Shown in pieces: positions 1 to 12,422 of a stretch of 64,000 bases of DNA; within the stretch, counting starts at the first letter, position 1; every line of letters starts with the position of its first letter. Origin of the DNA: Perkinsus olseni. Lineage: Eukaryota. Location of the stretch: NCBI GenBank assembly GCA_013115125.1, contig JABANN010000050.1, forward strand, positions 1-64,000. Reading direction: 5' to 3'. The notes under the pieces are model-generated. The model saw only the letters and a program-made list of their open reading frames with translations. It was not told the origin of the DNA and searched no databases. The position numbers and the translations under genes are program-made.

Positions 1-1498
1 ACGCACGAGAACACACGTTCGTTCTCGTATGTGCTAACGAGCACAACGCCTACAATTGCGGATGGCATTGAAACTTAAAACAAAAGAGAGGCCTGGCGGC
101 GCGACCCACGCGTCTCCGCAGGGACGCAGCCGTGTTCCTCCCGAATATAAATGAGTCAACTCAACTCAAGTAGCCGAAGGCAGAAACAGAGTCCGATACT
201 AGCGCTAGCTGTGCAGCTGGTGTCCCAAAGCTGCCCCTTTGTGTCGAATGTCCCCACACGGCCGGCTTCACCGACGGTATGTGACTTCGTCCATACCTCC
301 AGATGACATTCTTGACGATTTTTGTTGCACAATTCTTGGAGCCTATCTGTTGCGCGTGTGATATTGAGTCGTCAATCTCGGATCGGATGGAAGGGAGGTT
401 CAGTCAGACTCTTCTGGACGGCGTATCAGCAGCTGGGCATACATCGTTATGAAACATGAACTTCATGTTTCATGATGAAATGAGTTCACGTGACATATTT
501 CTCGTCTCCCGAGGTATCAGTTCAATCTAGTAGAGAACCCCAATGCACCAGGGTGCGTTTGTGTGGTTATGCGAGCATTAACCCAATCGCCGAGAAGTAT
601 CTCCGGAGCCTCGTGTCTATGATCCCCAGAGTACTTTTCCATCTCGGGCGGCTGTTGTGTATCTACAGCGTGGACTCTAAACTAACCCAAGACACGTGGC
701 TTGCGAGCGGGCTCCCGTCATGGCCCAGACAACGACGTCTGACAGTTAGGTGTCCAAGGTGACTCTTACCGAATAGTGGGGGACCCCACCGGGGGTAGCG
801 TTACGCTCCGTCTATGTTTGTGCGTGCAGAGTAGTCTGGGAAATAGCTCTTTCATAAGATCCATCTCACAAGCTCCCTTTGGCCTTGTGTTCCACGTATG
901 AGCAAGAAGAATATAACAGGTAGGAGCAAAGCAAGCTTTGCACATGCGTGCAGTTGCATGGACAACATAGCTCACAGCAAGGCGATTCAAGAGCAATACT
1001 GAGGGTACCAGTCCCAGCCGTCAGCACCACTGTATATTGGGTGCTGCACATGATGGCAAGCGTTCACGGAGCTTCCTACTCCATAGTGAAGACCATCTTT
1101 TCAGCTTCATACTTCCGAACTTCGTACGCCACGCACTCGCGTGTATGAGTATGCGTGCTAGATTACGCTTCAGATGGCGCTATGGGTCACCCTCACGCTC
1201 ACCTCTCCTCGAGACCGGTCTTCCAATTCTTGGAGCCCCGTTCTACATGTCCTCGCAGTACCGGGTTCTTCCGGTTCATAGCGGTTACCTGGCACGTGGG
1301 ATGTTGTTACTCATTATACGCCGATCGTCTTTTGTATGCGAGCATATCTGGTTCCATTAGAGTAAGCTTCGATGAGCTAGAAGAAACACTTTTGAATCCT
1401 TCCCAGCTTGCGTTGACTATGAGCAACAACAGGTGTAAGGAAATTTGAAGAGCGCAATATTGCGCTCGTCGAGAGAGGCAGTTCGATACCGTTACTCC

Positions 1499-3926
1499 AT
1501 GGCCTTCCACGTAGCCCTCCTCTCCACCATAGCCTTGTTAGTGGTGGCTGAGGGGAAACCTCGGATACACTTCAACGACGCGACCGGAGAACTGAAGATC
1601 CTCGTGTTCAGCGATTTACACTACGGCGAGACTGAGGACCGAGACAACAAGTCAGATGTAGGACATAATCGGTCCCTCCGTGCTGGCCCATCACTGCTCG
1701 GCACTGCTGCATTCACTTTGAAAGTGGCAATTCGACGACAGCCTTGCCGATGACTCTCCGATTATTCCTAGCATGATAGCACCAGTGGGCCGACTTGAGT
1801 AGTAGCTAATGTAGGCTGTCCGACAGGTTTAGACGTATTTCTTGGTCGTACCAATTTCTCCCAGCTTCACAGTCCTGTCACTGTCGTCATTCAGATATTC
1901 CAGGAGATGCTGCTAGATGTCGAGAAGCCTGACATGGTGAGTGGAAACGCCGGAGTCGACTGGCTCAACCCGATCAGCCGTGAGCATCTCCTGGCTCGTT
2001 CGTTGGATTTGCGTGTGACTTTTAAGGTCGTCTTCAATGGTGACGCCTACTCCGACTACGGTGATGTGCTATGCTGGGCGGAGCTCAACTGCACAGAGTT
2101 CTTCGTGAGGCAATGGGAGCGCTTCACCGCCACCGTCAGGAAACGGCAGGTAAGATGTCAATCGCCGGTATCTACTAATTTAGCCTCAGTATGGCCGATG
2201 GCATCGATGCTTAGCTCAGAATGCGATGACCTCGCGATGACGTTCGAACCGCACATTTATTCGCGAGGGCCTACTTTTTTCTCGCTCGTTTTCACCATCA
2301 CCACCCCCATCACAGATACCGTATGTCTTCACACTGGGCAACCATGACCACTTCCTAGATGGGATTGAGCCTGATGGAAAGTCCATCATGGCTTATGATG
2401 CCACGCACAGCAATCTGAGTCTCGCGAAGGAAGGTGTGGTGAGAGTTTTCGAGAGACCTTGAAGCAACTGTAGAGCCGCTTCCGTCGCTGTTAGCCCCTC
2501 CCGGAGTCAGTGGCGGGTCTGTCTACTACGTGCCCGTGTATGAGAACTCTACGGCGAAGGGGCGACCGACTGGTGTGTTGTGGATGTTGGACTCCGGTAA
2601 ATTGTTTTGCATGGGGCTGACAGGTTGGGGATGCGTCACGGAGGACCAGATAGAATGGTGAGCAGCCCCCCGGCTCTCGGCTCTGGTGAGCATTCTCCAC
2701 TTTCCGGGTTTTCAATTTCGATTCTGGTAGATAGGCATCAAATAGAGGCCTCTCATGCTTTTCCCTTCTATAAGGCACCGACGCCTACACATAGTTCTCG
2801 CTGTGGATTGATCCGCTTCTGACAATTTGGTCGCGGGGTAGATGCGGGTCGCAATGTTCCATGACCCTCTTTCCGCACAGGTTCAAATCCCAGGGAGAGT
2901 CTGAAGACCTCCGAGGACTTCAGGGCCTCATGTTCGTGCATATATGTACCGTTGCAAGAGGTATGCCTTGGCCCAGTCTCGAGCACTCCTGCGTGACACT
3001 CAGTTAACGGGGAAGATTACTCTCTTCTTCACTTAAGATGCTGCCAATGAGGGGCTTCACATATCCAAATAGTTGTTACCTGTATCAACTCCAACTCGCC
3101 GGAACTTCATCACAATTCTCATCAGTCCATCTCAGGTCCTCCTCTACTGGAACGTCTTCGGCAAAGACCCGCAGCGTGTCAGTGGCGAGAAGGATGAAGA
3201 CGTCGGTTGCAGTAGTGGCAATACCGGTAAGTGCTCAGCTCGCCCATCGATCCACCTGTCATTTGCCTTCACCTCCTAGGATGCAAAGTTTCCGGTTACC
3301 CGTTTGGAAATAGAGGGAAATCAGCGGCTGCCACTTGTACCGATACCTCAGCGACGCTGATCTCTTCCAGTGTAGGTCTTTTCACGGCGGCCCTCGGTCT
3401 CAATATAAGTGGACTCTTCCACGGCCATGACCACAATAACGACTTCCTCGCTCGAGTAGAGTCAAACTCTCGGACGATACACGTCGGGTGCAGCAGGAAG
3501 AGTGGCTACGGCGGCTACGGTGGAGGTGAGTTCACCTGGAAGTACCCGCTGCAGTAGTGTTGCGATGATTGGATCAGTTCTCGCTGGCAAGCCCGGCGCC
3601 AGAGTTATCATTATGAACTCGATGAGGACCGACAGGATTACACATGGAGCACCTACATACGACTCGAGAACAACTCCACCGCTCACGAATCGGTCGATCA
3701 GGTAGCGCCTAATTGGAATCTTCGCTGTGCTGGCATATCTTTCCTCGAAACTGTCTGGTGTTGATTTTTCCTTTCAGAGCCCTCGAGCTTCTCAGAGCAG
3801 TGACGTTCAAGGTTTCTGTCACCGCATGGCGTGATTGACGATGATCCCACCTACTCCACTACGAGGCTCATCGAGCTCCGTTGGATTATCCTTGGATTCT
3901 TCGCTTTTCTCGTCAGTGAGAGTTGA
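1499..3926 (+). pseudogene. Multi-exon calcineurin-like metallophosphoesterase (DCR2/PAP29-type) with signal peptide; two apparent frameshifts
   Basis: Spliced motifs in order: KILVFSDLHYGE, VVFNGD, TLGNHD, WMLDSG, FVH-x-PLQE, LFHGHDHNND, RKSGYGGYG, GARVI-x-ELDE, WSTYIRLE. C-terminal hydrophobic tail. The frame breaks at ~2941 and ~3610. Confidence 0.75.
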
Positions 3927-4463
3927 CGTTGGTGGACAATTAAGGCAGTAGTACTCGCTACGAGCGAGTCCCTAACGGTTGCGGTTTTTTATCTTCGTAT
4001 CCGTATCGTTGTTAATCCCCTTCATCACATTTCTTCCCTCGCTTAAGCGTTCAGCCATTCTCAGTTATCACAGTTCTAGTGTTAGTCTTAGTGTAGTTAC
4101 ACACATTCAATGATTGCCATCGGGCAGTTGTAGTTACCAGCGCAATTGCAACTCAAGATTTTCCACCAGAGATTCACACAATGAAATACTCCTTCGCTTC
4201 GTGACTCCAAGGACATCAGTGCAGAGTGACTTTCCTGAATTTAATTCAATTACTGGAAACTCGAAACATCTTTTGCTCATCATCATAACGCACGCGGTGG
4301 TCATGGTCATCAATTCCATGAACGTAATCGAGTCAATTGACGCGAATGTCGATGAGGAGCTCATAGTGAGCAGTGACTTACGCCAGCTACTCAGAGCAGA
4401 CGGAATCACCGGCAGCGAAAATAGAATCGTCAGAACTAAAATATGGTTCATAAGCTTCACTTA

Positions 4464-5580
4464 TTAGTCGCCGTACGACACGGGCTGAGCAGCCTGTAAG
4501 ATACTGGCGATTTGCTCCGGTTTCAGACCGGCTTGACCAAAGACGCGCTCGGCCACCGCGAAGGGGCTGGCGAGCATCTCGTTGGTGGGCGAGGGTAGAA
4601 CGTGTTGTTGTTGAGGGGCGGCGGTGCCGTCGTTGGGCGGCTGACCATTAGGAGCACCCGCCGGAGCAGAATGACGTGGATCGGCCGGGCCACCATTGAA
4701 CTGATGAGACGGCGAGTCGAGATGTGGCGGCACGGGGTAGGCACCCGGGTTCAATCCCGGGGGGACACGAAAGCCGCCAGGATGCACTCTTGGAGGGGTC
4801 GGGTTTCCGCCAGCCTGTGGAGGCACCACGGGACATCCATATGGATTGGCATCATAAGGGACTTGTGTTAGAGGGTACTGGCCGACGTGCGAGGGCATAC
4901 CCATGGTCGGAGCGAACTGCATCAGTGCTGGGTCTGATCAAATCATGGTTGCAACTGACAGAATGGATTGAGCCTACCGAATGCCTGAGGGTCGATGTAG
5001 TCTTGTCTCATCTGACGGGCGAATCCTGCTGGTGGCGGAGGCCGTTGGCGGAGCTCATCTTGGCTGTGGGCGTAGAAGCACTTAGAACCATACCTGACAA
5101 CAACAGCAGCGCGATGATGGTGAACTCAGTGAAGCAGGGATCTGTTTACTTGCAGTGAGCGCCATAACGGCAGAAGCGTGTCTTCATCAGCCTTTGGCAG
5201 ACCTCGCTAACTTGCGGGCCTCTGCCAGGGATGAACTCCTGGCCTACGTCTTCGGGACAGTAGGGCATTTCCCCATCCATCCCGGACATGTCGTCCATAC
5301 CGTAAGCGTAAGGGTGCTCGTAATTGCCATAGTTCGGGACCCATCCCGCGTAGGTGACTCTGTTCATGGCCCCTCGGCCCGAGGGCCTCGGGCCCCGAGG
5401 GCCTCGGGGGTCGGACCCACCCTTAGGGGGGCCGCGTTGGTCGTCGGGGCGTCTGGATGGTAGTCCTAGCTTCGGTTTGGCGCCTTCCTCCGCCTGTTCA
5501 GTGGCAGCAGCAGATGGGCCCGGCTTAGCGGGAGGAGTAGTCTGGTCCGTCACAGAGGTCGAGTCGCTCGTATCATCCAT
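4464..5580 (-). CDS. CCCH zinc-finger RNA-binding protein (3 exons), Pro/Gly-rich
   Basis: Spliced KTRFCRYGAHCK|YGSKCFYAHSQDELR resembles a TIS11-like CCCH finger. GT-AG introns lie near 5090-5150 and 4935-4977. Confidence 0.8.
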
Positions 5581-6143
5581 TTCAATGCTGAGGGGATGTT
5601 TCCACGAGCGTCTTGCGATGTTCTCAAGGGGAAACTGCGCTGACGTAAATAGCGTACGCCACCACAATCGATTATCGGCGCATTTTCTGGACGTCCCCCC
5701 GCAGGCGGTGGTCCTCGTGACTTTGTCTCTTTCATAGACCGACCATTGTCCTTGGTCTACCTTACCGCGCCCACGATCCACTGGCACGGATTGTATGCAA
5801 GTGCGGTAAGTTTTGCGCTTGGAAGGCCCGGCAATAAAGTTGGAATCGGATTGTAAATGTCTCGTCACCTCCATGACGTCCCGGATCCTCACGAGTTCGA
5901 TGGCCGACCGCCCCCTCACTGGGTCCACAACTGCCCGAGGTGCTCCCACCTAGTCTCTCGGGATGAAACAGCTGCCATGGGGTGGCGTGCCATCGTCGCC
6001 AACTGCACCGACCCGTCACATAGGGCCTCCGCGGCTCGGCTTATGAATCCTTGTTTTCTGGGAGTTAGTGGAATAACGGTAAGGCGACTCTCTTTGAAAA
6101 AGCCTAGCTTCAACCTCAGATACTGCTGCTCGCCGTTTCCGCC

Positions 6144-8836
6144 ATGCAGCTGCTATTGCAGCCGAGCCCTTCCTTGCCGCCACCTGATCCCGCCTCGACC
6201 CCTGCCTTCCAAGAGAAGCTCGACTCAGACTCCTCCCTCGCATGGTGGTGGCCTCTCGGCGACCATGATGGTCGTCCAGCAGACGGTGCGTGGTCCACCC
6301 AGGAGACGGCAGAGACTTCCCCTCCAGCTAGCTCTTCCGTCGAATGGCGGTGGAGCGTGATGCGGTGGCCGTTCTCTGGCCCCCGTGCAGACATGATCGC
6401 CTTCCCCGAGGGAGAGAACGGTTTAACGGAGACGAGGGAAGAAAACGGCGCTTCGTGGTGGGGTATTGGCGGAGCGAAAAAGGAAAACAGCGGTGACGCC
6501 GAGGGCGGCGGCAGCACTGAGGGGGTGGACTCCGAAACAATTGGAGACTCCGGTACCAATCGATGGGAAGTGTTTTCGATGATGTTTGGTAAGACGGTAG
6601 ACCGGGCGGCTGAGGAGCAGGACGCCCAAGGGGGGCTGTTTCCGAGCACGTGGCAGCCTGAGGAGTCTTTCAAGCAACAGGCTGGCTGGGAGTGGCCGTC
6701 GTGGGGACCACCGGGAGAAGACGACGGCAAAGGGAAACCACTGGAAGGGCAGGAGGGTGAACTTTCCTCGTGGATGGCAGCCACGCGAGGGGAGACCCTT
6801 AGCGCTGGAGATCAGCCAGGCGATGGTCCTTCAGTCTTGGAATGGCTCACCGTCTCGCTTGGGTTGAACAAGCTCGGCGAGGCGGGAGAGCGTTCGGAGC
6901 GGCATAGTGGCGATGAGATGACCGATCCGGTGGACACTTGGGGAAGTATTCTGACTTGGTTTGATGGAGAAGCGGACCCCTCGGAGGGTGCTGAGGACCC
7001 CTGGGTCACAGCTGAGTCCCTTGCTCTGCTGTTGGCCTCCGCGAAGGCGCACAGCCTAGCAGCGTGGCAGCGGATTGGACAGGCTTTGGGGGAGTGGTAC
7101 CAGTGGGAGGCGCCCTGGCGACACGTCACTGAGTGGAGCTCTGTGCTCCGGAGTAGCCTTACAGACGCTAGAGGTCCGCCGTTCTTGAAGGAAATGTCGT
7201 GAAGCATTGGGTTGTCTTTCAGATACCCTCGAGGACCTCATGTCTGTCGTGATGGAGAAGCTTCATAGAATCGAAGTAGGGCGATCGTTGGCTCGTTCCT
7301 CTACCATCTCCGCGTTCCCTCAGCAGCTGAGCCTGCCTGATCTCGACACTGTCCTCGTCACTGCTGTTGGTGGAAGTATCTTTCTGGGCTCCTCCGTCCT
7401 CTATCTTATAGTCTGGTTGGCCTCCAAAAGCGTCGCTGATGAAGCTGAAAGCACCAGGTAACCCTCTGTGCGTATTCCACAGTCTGTAACGAAGAAGAAA
7501 CAACACGCAACTATGAGGCCACTACGCCCGATGGCAGCAGCAGCTGGAGCCCAAAGAAGCTCTCGCTAACCGGCTCACCAGCGGGGAGTAGCTCCAGTCC
7601 AGTGGCCAGCTCGCTTAGCAGCTCGCCACCACATGGCATAGTGGCCTCAATTTTTCATTAAAATGTGATAGTTCGACGACCGCCGTTCTCGCTTTGCTGC
7701 CATTTCTTCGTTTCACATTCCTTCCGGCATCGCAGACTGTATCACCACTTTCTTCTCATCAGTCTCTTCCGTGAGAGGTCCCCCCTCAGGCGGCTCGTGG
7801 TGGACGAGCAGTCCATCGCCTTCCCTGTCTGTTCCTCTGTCCACATATCCGTCACCAAATGCGGCCCTCCGAGTGGCCTCCTGCAGTCGGCGGACGACAG
7901 TCGTCGGGCACCCCTCCCAGCGGCCGACTTCGACGGTCTGTCCAACGCCGCGAGCGTTGCTAGTAGCTACCGAAGGGACCCTCAGGATGACGTTCAGACG
8001 GAGCGAAGCGAAGGTTCGGTGATTGAGGGGGTGGATGACGATGTAGCGTCCAACGTGGCTAGCATGGGAGGGGGCAGCACTGTCGCGGTGCCTCCGAGTG
8101 TAGTGGACAGCGTCCCTGATACCGAGATAGCGGCTGGCGTTGGAGAAACCGTCGACAAGATCAAGTAAGCTTGTATGCCGCGGTAGATTTGCTGAAAACC
8201 CGTCTTTCGCTTCACCCCTTGGCGACATGCCCGAATTGAAATCTGATAGCGCGGTGAGTGTAGCTTCCCAGACGTTCGACTCGACGTGGGGACGTCTCCT
8301 CTGTTAATGCTAGGGTTGATGGTGTTTCCGGCGCTTAGATTTCTAGCAGCCTCAGTGAACCCTGTCGATTTGCGAAGTGCTGTGCGAAATCGTCGTCTCT
8401 CTCGTCGAGCCGGACTGAGGTTAAGATGACAACACGCAGTGACTAAGAATCCGTTTCTTCCGCTGCGTCGTTCCCATGGTCTCCTCGGGTGGCGATTTGA
8501 AACAAGCTTCTTCCTTGCTCAGTTCAAGTGGTCGGCCCGATCCCCAGCCTGCGTCGGAGAAACACCATCAGCGGACAAGAATTGACGCTCCTGCAGCCGA
8601 CCGAAATGCTGCGGGTACGAGAGGGCGGCCGGATGAGGGGGGGTCGCTGGGTGGCCTCCCAGAAGCCTTGGATGCTCACCGTGAGCGCGAAGGGAGGGGG
8701 ACTCCCGGACGGGCGGGGGCGACTGGGGCTCGGAGACCAGTGTATACTGAGAGCGGGAGAAGAGGACCAGCGCATCGTGGTGAAGGCGTTGAGGAATTAC
8801 AAGAGCTGCAAGATTCTCATAGCCGGAAGGAGCTGA
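6144..8836 (+). CDS. Hypothetical multi-exon protein: Trp/acidic low-complexity N-terminus and one predicted TM segment
   Basis: A 352-codon ORF is followed by further + strand exons (TM-like DTVLVTAVGGSIFLGSSVLYLIVWL; 7886-8164; 8523-8836) with GT-AG boundaries. No family recognised. Confidence 0.5.
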
Positions 8837-9749
8837 AGGCCGCTAGACTGGAGCTACTCCCCGCGATTGATACAACGAGGGTACCGCAAGTGTCGATGGC
8901 AGACTTGGGAGGAGAGTTCGGTGACAGCAATGATGATCGGAACTGGAGGAATCCCTTCAAGAATTCGCGGTAAGACCATACCGTGAGCGCAGCAGATTTT
9001 TTCGGGTCTTATCAAGAGCGCCTCGCCGGTCCTCTGCCGTGCCTCGTCTCGCAATGAACTGCCGAGTTGTCCCCGCGCCGTGTGTGAGGAGCGTGGTTGG
9101 AACGTTGGATGGTTTTGTGATTATCTCAGAAACGCTGGAGTCCACGAGGCCTCGTCGGAAGAGCAGTAGGTTCACCACAAACGACTGTCGAGTAGTGCTT
9201 CTCCTCATGGTAGGTTCCACTCACCGCGTTCTACTCCCTGGTCGGACAGGAGGTACAGGCGATGGAAACGACGTTCCCTCTCGAATCTGATGCCTCCTGG
9301 CAGGCCCCACCCGCCCGGCGTACGTGAGAATTCGGCAGAGATCATCCGTGCCCTGCGTGGCCTGGGTACGACCTGACCGGGAAATGAGGAACTCCCTCCA
9401 ACTCCATCGCCGCGCCAGCAAAAGACGACATGGTTCCCCAGACCTTGTCGGCTGAGGGCCGCTGGTACGTAATTTTGTTATTACTCGTGATCTCCGCTGC
9501 CATCATCATGACCACTGCTCAGTGTTCCGTCGACTTTCCGTCGTCAACTTCTGCTGCTCTTCTCTGTAACATGATACTCTTGTTGTTATTACCACTCCGA
9601 AGGTGTCAGTCCATCGCCCGTGCTGTGTTGCTTTAGTAGTAGACGGGCGTGCGCTGAACGAAGTGCGCTTTGATATCTTTAGCGGAGCGAAGCGTTTCAC
9701 GTTCGCAAAATTGATATCGAATGCGCGTCGCATACGTTCTTCATCCTCA

Positions 9750-11108
9750 ATGGAAACTACATCCGCCACAAGTCGTCGCCTGAGGCTTCCAGTTCTGCTG
9801 CGGGCCGGAGGAAAGTCCGCCAGCGCGTTCACTCTCGCCAAGGCCACTCTCGGCGCCGGCGCTTTGGCGATGCCCTCTTCCTTCCTGAGCGGAGGCATCG
9901 TCCTCTCGGTGGTACTCCTGTTGGCCCTTGGGTGGATGTCGGCCATCTCCATCAATATGATAGGTCGGGCTCAAACTCATTCTGGTAAGGACACTTTCGA
10001 GGACATCGTCAGGCTTTACTACAACGACTGGGTCGGCTACGTCTTCGAGATCACCATGATGCTCTTCTGCTTCGGCACCGCGGTCGCCTACCTCATATCG
10101 ATCGCAGACCTCCTCACACCTGTCTTCGAGAAGTGGATCGGCTCCTCGCATGCTAATGATTGGTACGGTGTCCTCCTATTTAACAGAGCTGTCTTCTCGA
10201 CCTTGGTGGCATATATTTTCCTCTTACCACTGTCGCTGTTCGAGCGCATCAACAACGTCAGATGGATAAGCTTCGCAGGCGTCATGTCTGTCATTTTCCT
10301 GGCCATCTGCATCGTCTACCTCCTCATAAAGCACGGTGTTCACGCCGGCCCCAATGATACGCTCTCGACCTACCTCTGGCCGAGCAAGGGCTTCACTGGC
10401 GTCATCAGTGCTGCTTCTGCGTACATCTTCGCCTACGTCTGTCAAGTCAACGTACCACACATTTACTCTGAGATGGATCCATGTAGTGAGAAGGCACTCC
10501 GGCAGGTCTCTTGGGCGTCAGTCTTCATCTGCTTCATCGTCTACATGGTTGTTGGCATCTGCGGATTTCTGGCCTACGGAAGCACCACGAAAGGAAGCAT
10601 CATTCAAAGCATGAGAGAGGACTTCCTCGAGGGCAACATCTTCGTCGCCGTTGCCTTCATTCTAATGGGTATAGCAGTTCTAGCTGCATACCCCTTGAAC
10701 ATATATCCCTTACGAGCGGCTATGATAAGCACGATCAAAGGCCTTACAGGCAGGCGTCATCTTAACAGGTGGATCGGTCCTATCATCGTCGTCATTTCTG
10801 TTTCGCTCACTTTAGTCGTGGCCATTTATTTGCCAGATGTCAAGGTCGTCTTGGATCTGGTCGGCTCCATGACGGGCTCTATCATCTGTTATATCATTCC
10901 TGCTGGATTCTGTGTCAGAATCGTCTACTATAAGCGCAACAAAATGGTCGGTAAATTGAAAGATGAGATATTGACGGCGGAGGATATGGACGCTTCAATG
11001 GACTACCCCAACTGGCTCTCCTTCGGCTTCATCGGATTCGGTCTTGTTTTCGTAATTATTGGAACTTATGTCAGTCTTGTCGGCGTTGTACAGTTCTACG
11101 GAAAGTAA
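9750..11108 (+). CDS. Amino acid/auxin permease (Aa_trans, SLC38-like) transporter, intronless
   Basis: SAFTLAKATLGAGALAMP, FAYVCQVNVPHIYSEM, GFLAYG and LAAYPLNIYPLR motifs, with about 11 hydrophobic segments. First ATG at 9750. Confidence 0.92.
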   Translation: METTSATSRRLRLPVLLRAGGKSASAFTLAKATLGAGALAMPSSFLSGGIVLSVVLLLALGWMSAISINMIGRAQTHSGKDTFEDIVRLYYNDWVGYVFEITMMLFCFGTAVAYLISIADLLTPVFEKWIGSSHANDWYGVLLFNRAVFSTLVAYIFLLPLSLFERINNVRWISFAGVMSVIFLAICIVYLLIKHGVHAGPNDTLSTYLWPSKGFTGVISAASAYIFAYVCQVNVPHIYSEMDPCSEKALRQVSWASVFICFIVYMVVGICGFLAYGSTTKGSIIQSMREDFLEGNIFVAVAFILMGIAVLAAYPLNIYPLRAAMISTIKGLTGRRHLNRWIGPIIVVISVSLTLVVAIYLPDVKVVLDLVGSMTGSIICYIIPAGFCVRIVYYKRNKMVGKLKDEILTAEDMDASMDYPNWLSFGFIGFGLVFVIIGTYVSLVGVVQFYGK

Positions 11109-11625
11109 GGTGGTCGCTGCGGTCAATTCTGCTACCTACCCGTCAGTCGAATGTGTCAACAGATTTCGCGGTTACAATTCTTGCCGTCTACGGCTTAGCT
11201 TTTCCCTCTCATCTATTTTCAATCTCAAGGTCTCGCGTTACAGTAGCAACTTAAGGAGGCCAGATCTCGGCCAAACACTAGAGCACTAATTTCGGTTGAA
11301 ACCGACGTTGCCGCGTGCGTGTCAGTTCAAGGGGAACGCCTCAGCTGGCTTGACTCGAAACGGATGTGTGTGTGAGTTTGAAGTCAAACGCCGACAGTAC
11401 GGCTCAGTTAGACTAGGACCTTTCTGTCGCGGAACAGTTTAACCTGTTGAATAGGCCCTGCTCATCAAGCTAAGGAATGTTGCTCTCAGAGCGAGGTCAT
11501 CGTCAGCTGGGGTATTTCCTTTTCTCTCGGCGAGATCCGCTTCCAAACCGACGTGCTAGCGTTGCCGTAGCTGCGCTAGAATCCTGTAGCTCGAGGATTT
11601 CTAACCTCAACTCATCAGCGAACGC

Positions 11626-12320
11626 TCATCTGAGGTCCATTTTACTTCGCCTGTGAGAACTCAAAAGGGGGCAGCATATTGTTAACAGAGAAGTAACGTT
11701 TTGTGTGTGGAACAGTCGATCTACGATGATGACGATTCTGACTCCGGGCCCGAGAACTTCGCCAGGTAAACGCAAACCTGGAGAGAGGATTGCATTCTGA
11801 AGGAGACAGAAGTCTCTGATCACCTCCTGGAAGTGCCTGGATAATGCTTCGTCGTAGGGAGTCCTCTTGGCCTTGTTCACAGCCGTAGCGTCTGCCCCCG
11901 CTTCAAGGAGGATCTTGCACACGTCGAGATGGCCATTGAGAGCAGCCCAGTGAAGAGGGGTGTTTCCTTGGCCATTCGCTGCAGGAAAGAACGTCGCGGG
12001 CCGAACATGAGTACTGCTAGGCTACCTTGATTCACCACGGCCTTCTTCCTATCGTCACCACCGGCCTCCTCCAGCAGGGCCTTCACGACCTCGGTATGCC
12101 CGTTCGCAGCCGCCAACAGCATCGCCGTGCTCTTCGTGAACGCGTCCGTCTCCTCCAACTGAGCAGAGGACGGCCTCACCTGTGAGCTCTACTGTGTATC
12201 GAGGCGTACCAGTTCAGCCCGGCCTCGTAGAAGGTCGCGCACTTCCTCGAGGTCTCCGTATCGGGCCGCCTTGAGGAAGGCATCGAACTCAGCAGAGTTT
12301 CCAACGGCAGGAGCGGGCAT
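11626..12320 (-). CDS. Small ankyrin-repeat protein (YAR1-like), multi-exon
   Basis: AARYGDLEEV, TAMLLAAANGHTEVVKALL, GNTPLHWAALNGHLDVCKILLEAGAD and NKAKRTPYDEA, separated by short introns. Confidence 0.85.
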
Positions 12321-12422
12321 CGTCGACAGTAGCTACTTTGATAGACCCTCCACTCAGGAACACAACCCACCACAGAAACTTCCAGAAACAAACCACCACA
12401 TGTCCCGGCACACAAGGATTGT

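Noticed and set aside
4745-4762. CCCGGGTTCAATCCCGGG, a B-box-like hairpin
   Set aside because: Lies in the Pro/Gly-rich coding exon (PPGLNPG) and lacks the GGTC lead-in.
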